Shown here piece after piece: positions 57,726 through 64,000 of a stretch of 64,000 bases of DNA (its first letter is position 1; each line of letters begins with the position of its first letter). The notes beneath the pieces were generated by a model, which did not search any database, had not been told where the DNA came from, and was given only the letters and a program-made list of their open reading frames with translations. This DNA is from Octopus vulgaris. Its lineage: Eukaryota. A program made the position numbers and the translations under genes. The stretch covers positions 55,428,001 through 55,492,000 of the forward strand of contig OX597828.1 of the NCBI GenBank assembly GCA_951406725.2, written 5' to 3'.

Positions 57726-57727
<2 letters not shown>
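57196..57727 (+). mobile_element. 5'-truncated R4/Dong-type non-LTR retrotransposon: restriction-like endonuclease domain plus 3' UTR
   Basis: TDRKIDANRPYIIVKD...LIDMTVP...KLSKYKDLEIEISKMW...IPVVIGALG...ILRKILSM* shows the RPD(Y)-x-D and KxxKY motifs of RLE domains. (TAA)n lies on both sides, as established for Dong. Confidence 0.88.
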
Positions 57728-57781
<54 letters not shown>

Positions 57782-57782
57782 T

Positions 57783-58010
57783 GGCCTGATGCAGTACAAG
57801 GTAGTGGCTCTCGTGGCTTCTGATCTTAACTGATTGGAAGTGCTATCATGTACATTGTTTTGTCTTGGTATAAAAGAAGGGCTACAACAAATGTTCTGTT
57901 CAATACCACAGATTTGTTTGTCAGTTGTTTGATCTTAACCAGTTGAGCATGTCCCTTAGTGACTGACGATATGTGCATCTCTGATCATGAGCAGAAGTAG
58001 TGGGGGAGCA
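57783..58010 (+). mobile_element. (TAA)n-associated element, copy 3 (3'-truncated)
   Basis: Matches the first ~230 bp of copy 1 and is preceded by (TAA)n. Confidence 0.9.
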
Positions 58011-58013
58011 CTA

Positions 58014-58542
<529 letters not shown>

Positions 58543-58549
58543 AAAATAA

Positions 58550-58836
58550 TAATGGCCTAGGGGATAGGGCGTTGCACTCAAGATAATGAGATCGTGGTTT
58601 CATTTCCTAGACCGGATGGTACGTTGTATTCTTGCGCAAAACACTTCACCTCACATTGTTCTGCGATTACTTCGATACTTGACGAGTGGTACACTGTGCC
58701 CCTGCTCAGCAAACGTCGATGTGATGAAGTAAGGGAGCTAATTTGCGGCACATACATTTGATTACTATAACAAATCATTTCTGAAGGTCGTTCGGTAAAA
58801 GCTGAACACTCAGACGTCGTCTTCGACGGGAGAGTC

Positions 58837-58838
<2 letters not shown>
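58550..58838 (+). mobile_element. Diverged tRNA-derived SINE
   Basis: TGGCCTAGGGGATAGGGCG (A-box-like), GGTTTCATTTCC (B-box-like), CORE-like TTCTTGCGCAAAACACTTCACCTCAC. Confidence 0.6.
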
Positions 58839-58891
<53 letters not shown>

Positions 58892-59433
58892 GAGTGAGGG
58901 AGCTGTACATGCCATCAAAGTGACAGTGGGGTAAAATATACGAAGCCCAATATACCCATCATGACTACCCGTCTGATAAGGGTACACTAGGCACATGCAT
59001 CACAACCATATGTGCGTGACATGGTGATCTCATATCAAGATAAACAGTGCATGCCCTTGCAGGTGGTGCCCAGTTATGTTTTCTTCAAGTCGAGTAGCCC
59101 ATCTTGCTCAAAATTCCCTGAACAAGGGTTGATTAAGGATGTTGAACGAACCACCCATGTTTCAAGAGGTGAATTATCCAAACCCCTAAGTATTCCTCTC
59201 AACACATGGCTATGATGCTCCGCCACTACTTCTGCTCATGATGAAAGATGCATATATCGTCAGCCGCTAAGGAACATGCTCAACTGGTTAAGATCAAACA
59301 ACTGACAAGCAAATCTGCAGTGTTGAGCAGAATAATTGCTGTAACCCATCTTTTATACCAAGAGAAAACTATGTCCATGATAACACTTCCAATCAGTTAA
59401 GATCAGAAACCATGAGAGAGACACTGCCTGGTA
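58892..59433 (-). mobile_element. (TAA)n-associated element, copy 4 (more diverged)
   Basis: Reverse complement of copy 1 lacking about 10 5' bases, with (TTA)n on both sides. Confidence 0.9.
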
Positions 59434-59440
59434 ATTTTTA

Positions 59441-59513
<73 letters not shown>

Positions 59514-59524
59514 CATCATTATTA

Positions 59525-59630
<106 letters not shown>

Positions 59631-59975
59631 GGTTTAACTCAGGTTGGGTCTTATTCCAGTTTCGTTGGTTGATTTCTCCTGTCACACCGTAGAGAAAGAT
59701 AGGCTAAAAGAGTCTAAAAGAGATACCGAGGGAGAATAAGAGGAGTAGGATGAGTGCACTTGATCTCCTAAGAAGGTGAAACGAATAAATAAATACTTAA
59801 ATGTCAGTTATTATTCCTTGATCTCATTACACAACAGCAAAGTGGCATCATAGAAAATAAGACATTTATTATAAGAAAATTATGGTGCTAAAAAAACATA
59901 ATTGCAATTAGCAATTCGGCAATCCAGTTCGAATTTATCTTTGTCAGTTTGCACACGACATTTACCTATATTACA

Positions 59976-60113
<138 letters not shown>

Positions 60114-60538
60114 ATATATGTATGTATGTACGTCCTTATTTAGTTTATTTCAAGATTTCTTGCAAATACAGAAAGAACTGGTTTCATTAGAATTTCAGCA
60201 TCAACAACGGAGTATTTTTGTTTGTTTGTTTGTATGTATGTATGTATGTATGCATGTGTTTGTGTGTGTATATGTGTGTTTATGTGTGTGTTTTTATGGA
60301 TGTGTATGTATGAATATATCTGTGTGTGTTCGTTACGTAGTACCGCTTGGTAACCGGTGTTGATTTGTTTATGTCCCCATAACCCAACAATTCGCCAAAA
60401 GAGATCCATAGAATAAAAGAGTACCGAGGTTGATTTCTTCGACTAAACCTCAAGGTGGTGCCCTAGCTTTATTCTACAGAAAATTTTAATCTTCTATGAA
60501 ATCCTGTTTTCAAACTCATGGCCGTTCTAATGCAGCTA

Positions 60539-60765
60539 TTACTGATAACGCAAAGAAATCGAATCACAAACGCCAAGAACTATTTCGTTCAGTTTCTGTG
60601 CAAATTCTCGTTTAATGACATTTGATCTATCATGGTCACAGCAAACATGTGATTGAGTCCTATATGCAGGTTTTGACTTTTCTATCCAAAGGATTTTTAA
60701 TCCAATATTTAACTCCCTGTCATTTGTAGATTCATCTAATTTGAGTTCCATTGTTAAAGCAATTT
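60539..60765 (-). mobile_element. Possible decayed hAT (Charlie/Buster-like) transposase fragment
   Basis: LKLDESTND resembles the hAT LxLDESTD motif. The remaining similarity is weak. Confidence 0.35.
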
Positions 60766-60843
60766 ATTTCATGTTCCCACGAGCGTCCTAAATTATGATA
60801 TAAGCAAAATACTGAAATTATCGTTTCTGGTGAATCAACAATG

Positions 60844-60919
<76 letters not shown>

Positions 60920-61012
60920 GTCTGTCTGTCTGTCTGTCTGCCTGTCTGTCTGCCTGTCTGTCTGTCTATCTGTCTCTCACTCTCTATATATACGTCATAC
61001 GTCATTTGTATT

Positions 61013-61067
<55 letters not shown>

Positions 61068-61074
61068 ATACGTG

Positions 61075-61890
61075 AATTCTGACTTCAAATTCCACCGAGA
61101 TCAACTTTGTTTTCATCATTTTAGGGTCGATAAAATAATACACCAGTTCAGCCCCGGGATCAATGTAATCGATTTACCTCTGCCCGAAATTGCTGGCCTT
61201 GTGCCAAAATTGAAACCAATATCAATAGCAACACTAAGGTGGCGAGCTGGTAGAATCGTTAGCACGGAAAGCGGCATTTCGTCTGCCTTTACGTCTGAGT
61301 TCAAATTCCGCCGAGTTCGACTTTGTCTTTAACCCTTCGGGGTCGATAAAGTAAGCTTCAGTTGATCGATGCAATCAGCTGAACCCTTGTCTCCGAAATT
61401 GCTGGACTTGTGCAAAAATTTCAAACCAATATTAGTTTCAAATCATGCCACAAGAGCAGAAATATCGAGGGACAGGATGATTTGATCACATCGACCCCAG
61501 TTTTCAATTGGTACTTGTTTTATCGATCTCGAAGGATGAAAGGCAAAGTCGACTTCAACGGAATTTGAACTCAAAACGTAAAGCCAGACGAAATGTTGCT
61601 AAGCGTGCTACCGATCCTGCCAGCTCGTAGCCTTAAATTTGGAACCAATATTAATATCTATTTCTTTACTGCCCACAAGGGGCTAAACATAGAGGGGACA
61701 AACAAGGACAGACAAACGGATTAAGTCGGTTACATCGACCCAAGTGCGAAACTGGTATTTTATTTATCGACCCCGCAAGGATGAAAGGCAAAGTCGACCT
61801 CGGTGGAATTTGAACTCAGAACGTAACGACGGACGAAATACCGCTAAGCATTTCGCCCGGCGTGCTACCGTTTCTGCCAGCTCGCCGCCT
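61075..61890. mobile_element. SINE-A cluster: two plus-strand copies then two minus-strand copies, the last full length with TSD
   Basis: Copy 61659-61889 is flanked by TTGGAACCAATATTAATATC / TTGGAACCAATATTTATATC. Confidence 0.9.
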
Positions 61891-62162
61891 TGGAACCAAT
61901 ATTTATATCAATAACATTAATTGCAGTAGTAGCAATACTAATCGATCATTTAGGAAATGGGACAAGCTGAGTGAAAGTCCTTGATCAAGGATAAAATGTA
62001 ATACTGAAACATGAATAAATAACAAGACGCAACAACATTAACATCCACACCAGTATTAAACGATAACAACACGAACACAAATAACAACAACAACGACGAC
62101 GAAAACAACACCTGACACAACAACAACAAACAACCGAAACAAGAACAGCAATAGCAGAGCGA

Positions 62163-62410
62163 AAACACCTAAAGCTCCACGAGGCTCCGGCAGGGGGTGG
62201 TGGCGACCCCTGTTGTACTCTTTCACTCCAACTTTCTCTCACTCTTTCTTCCTGCTTCTTGTCCCCGACTTCCTACGCAACCGCTGAGCCTGGATGCGCA
62301 TTCATCAATCCATTGATGCTCTCGGTGTTGGGGGTTGACCTGCTTTCTCTTCTGCGGGTCTTACGAATAGCAAAGGACCACGTTTCGGACTTCTCCCATC
62401 TTGTGAGCTC
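62163..62410 (+). mobile_element. SINE family C body with a different 3' tail
   Basis: ACACCTAAAGCTCCACGAGGC...ACTTTCTCTCACTCTTTCTT matches 31098-31183, then the two sequences diverge completely. Confidence 0.7.
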
Positions 62411-63050
62411 TGGGACGAAGACCGTTCGCTCAACAGCAACAGCAACAACAATAGCAGCAGCAGAGAGAGTGCAATCATTAGCGTACTAAACGGCAGAAGT
62501 ATCAACCGAATAGTCGTCATCTTCATCATCATCTTTAGGCTGGAGGTTACTTCCCCTTATCGTTTCAAAATTAACGAATATGTATAGTGACAATCGAATA
62601 TCTAATGGAGGGAAATGAACATTCTCCAAATCTACTTTAACGTGTTTGGTTGTTATTCAACTTGATGTTTAGGTCCTGTACTTAATCTAAGGGTTTCTTT
62701 CCCCGAACCACTAAGTTACAGTGACATAAATATACCAGCACCGGTTGTCAATAAGTGGTGGGGTTAAACAAGCACAAGACTTTTACACACATACACACAC
62801 ACACACATACACTATCTCTCTCGCACATACGCACACATACACACACTCATATACACAGACACATACACATATATGTATGTATGCATCTGCTTTTATGTTG
62901 GACACTAGACTGTGATTTGAGATGAATTCGTTTGTTATTTCTAGCATAATAAACGATCCCATAGCGGTCTTCTCGTTGGTTGGATGGATATGTGATTATA
63001 AGCGAAATTGTATAAACGCTAGATTACAACAATGACGATAACGAACTGGA

Positions 63051-63402
63051 AGGCAGCGAGCTGGCGGAATCGTTAGCATGCCGAACAAATTGCTTACCGT
63101 CATTTTGTCCGGCTTCACGTTCTGAGTTCAAATTTCGCCGATGTCGACTTTGCGTTTCATCCTTTCTTAGGAGGCGGCGAGCTGGCAGAATCGTTAGCAC
63201 GCCGGGCGAGATGCGTAGCCGTATTTCGTCTGCCGTTACGTTCTGAGTTCAAATTCTGCCGAGGTTGACTTTGCCTTTCATCCTTTCGGGGTCGATAAAT
63301 TAAGTACCAGTTACGCACTGAGGTTGATGTAATCGACTTAATCCCTTTGTCTGTCCTTGTTTGTCCCCTCTGTGTTTAGCTCCTTGTGGGTAGTAAAGAA
63401 AT
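63051..63402 (+). mobile_element. Older SINE-A truncated in its core, immediately followed by a full-length SINE-A (type-1 tail)
   Basis: The first copy stops at TTTCATCCTTTC. The second runs GGCGGCGAGCTGGCAG (63173) to GGGTAGTAAAGAAATA. Confidence 0.9.
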
Positions 63403-64000
63403 ATTTAACGAACTGGTAGAATCCTTAAAATATCAAAGAATTTTGATGTTGTTCTAACTACTAACATTCCGAAGTCAAATCCCGGTGAGGTCAAATCTGC
63501 CTTACTGTCCTGGCTCGGTAAAATGAGATACCAATCAAGAGCAGTGAATTGGTAGATTGTTCGAGCGTTGGACAAATAAATTGCCGTAATTGTTCTAGTC
63601 TTTTGGATCCTGAAGGACGAGGCAAACGTAACAGGTGTTACTATCAACCATTACAAAATGGAGTTTTGGAAAATATACCGGTTGTGAGTGTATTTTCCCG
63701 TGAAATTTCGAAATTAAGCACAGAGCGTCTCGTAGCGAAGCTGTCAGGCATCTTCGTAGCATAGAATAAAAATTGGTTAAATATCTATGATGGAGTTCTA
63801 CAACACCCATACTTCTCTACACAATATATGCGCATACGTACTGACTATATGTATGTATGTATGCATGCATGTATGTATGTATGTATGTATGTATGTATGT
63901 ATGTATGTATGCATGTATGTATGTATGTGTGTATGTATGTATGTATGAATATATGTATGTACGTATGAATGTATGTATGTATATATATATATATATATAT

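Overview
This 64-kb window is AT-rich, repeat-saturated animal DNA with no multi-exon protein-coding gene that I can assemble. The SINE families and the extreme di-, tri- and tetranucleotide microsatellite load resemble Octopus (coleoid cephalopod) DNA; this is an inference, not a database result. Almost every ORF in the supplied track is a microsatellite artefact. What the sequence supports: (i) dozens of tRNA-derived SINE copies from at least five families, several with clear 16-20 bp target-site duplications (TSDs); (ii) decayed fragments of R4/Dong-type, RTE-type and CR1/L2-type LINEs, a Penelope GIY-YIG remnant, mariner and Tc1 transposases, a piggyBac-type MITE and a non-autonomous Helitron; (iii) two weak minus-strand first-exon candidates. 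The most interesting signals are three. First, a ~555-bp non-coding element found four times, always in (TAA)n and always in the same orientation, next to a (TAA)n-embedded R4/Dong endonuclease fragment. Second, four long inverted-repeat hairpins and several solo pieces carrying minimal hammerhead-ribozyme architecture with non-canonical cores. Third, head-to-tail SINE arrays with a fixed junction, plus a LINE 3' end that shares its tail with that SINE. Coordinates were counted by eye and may be off by a few bases, more for diverged copies.
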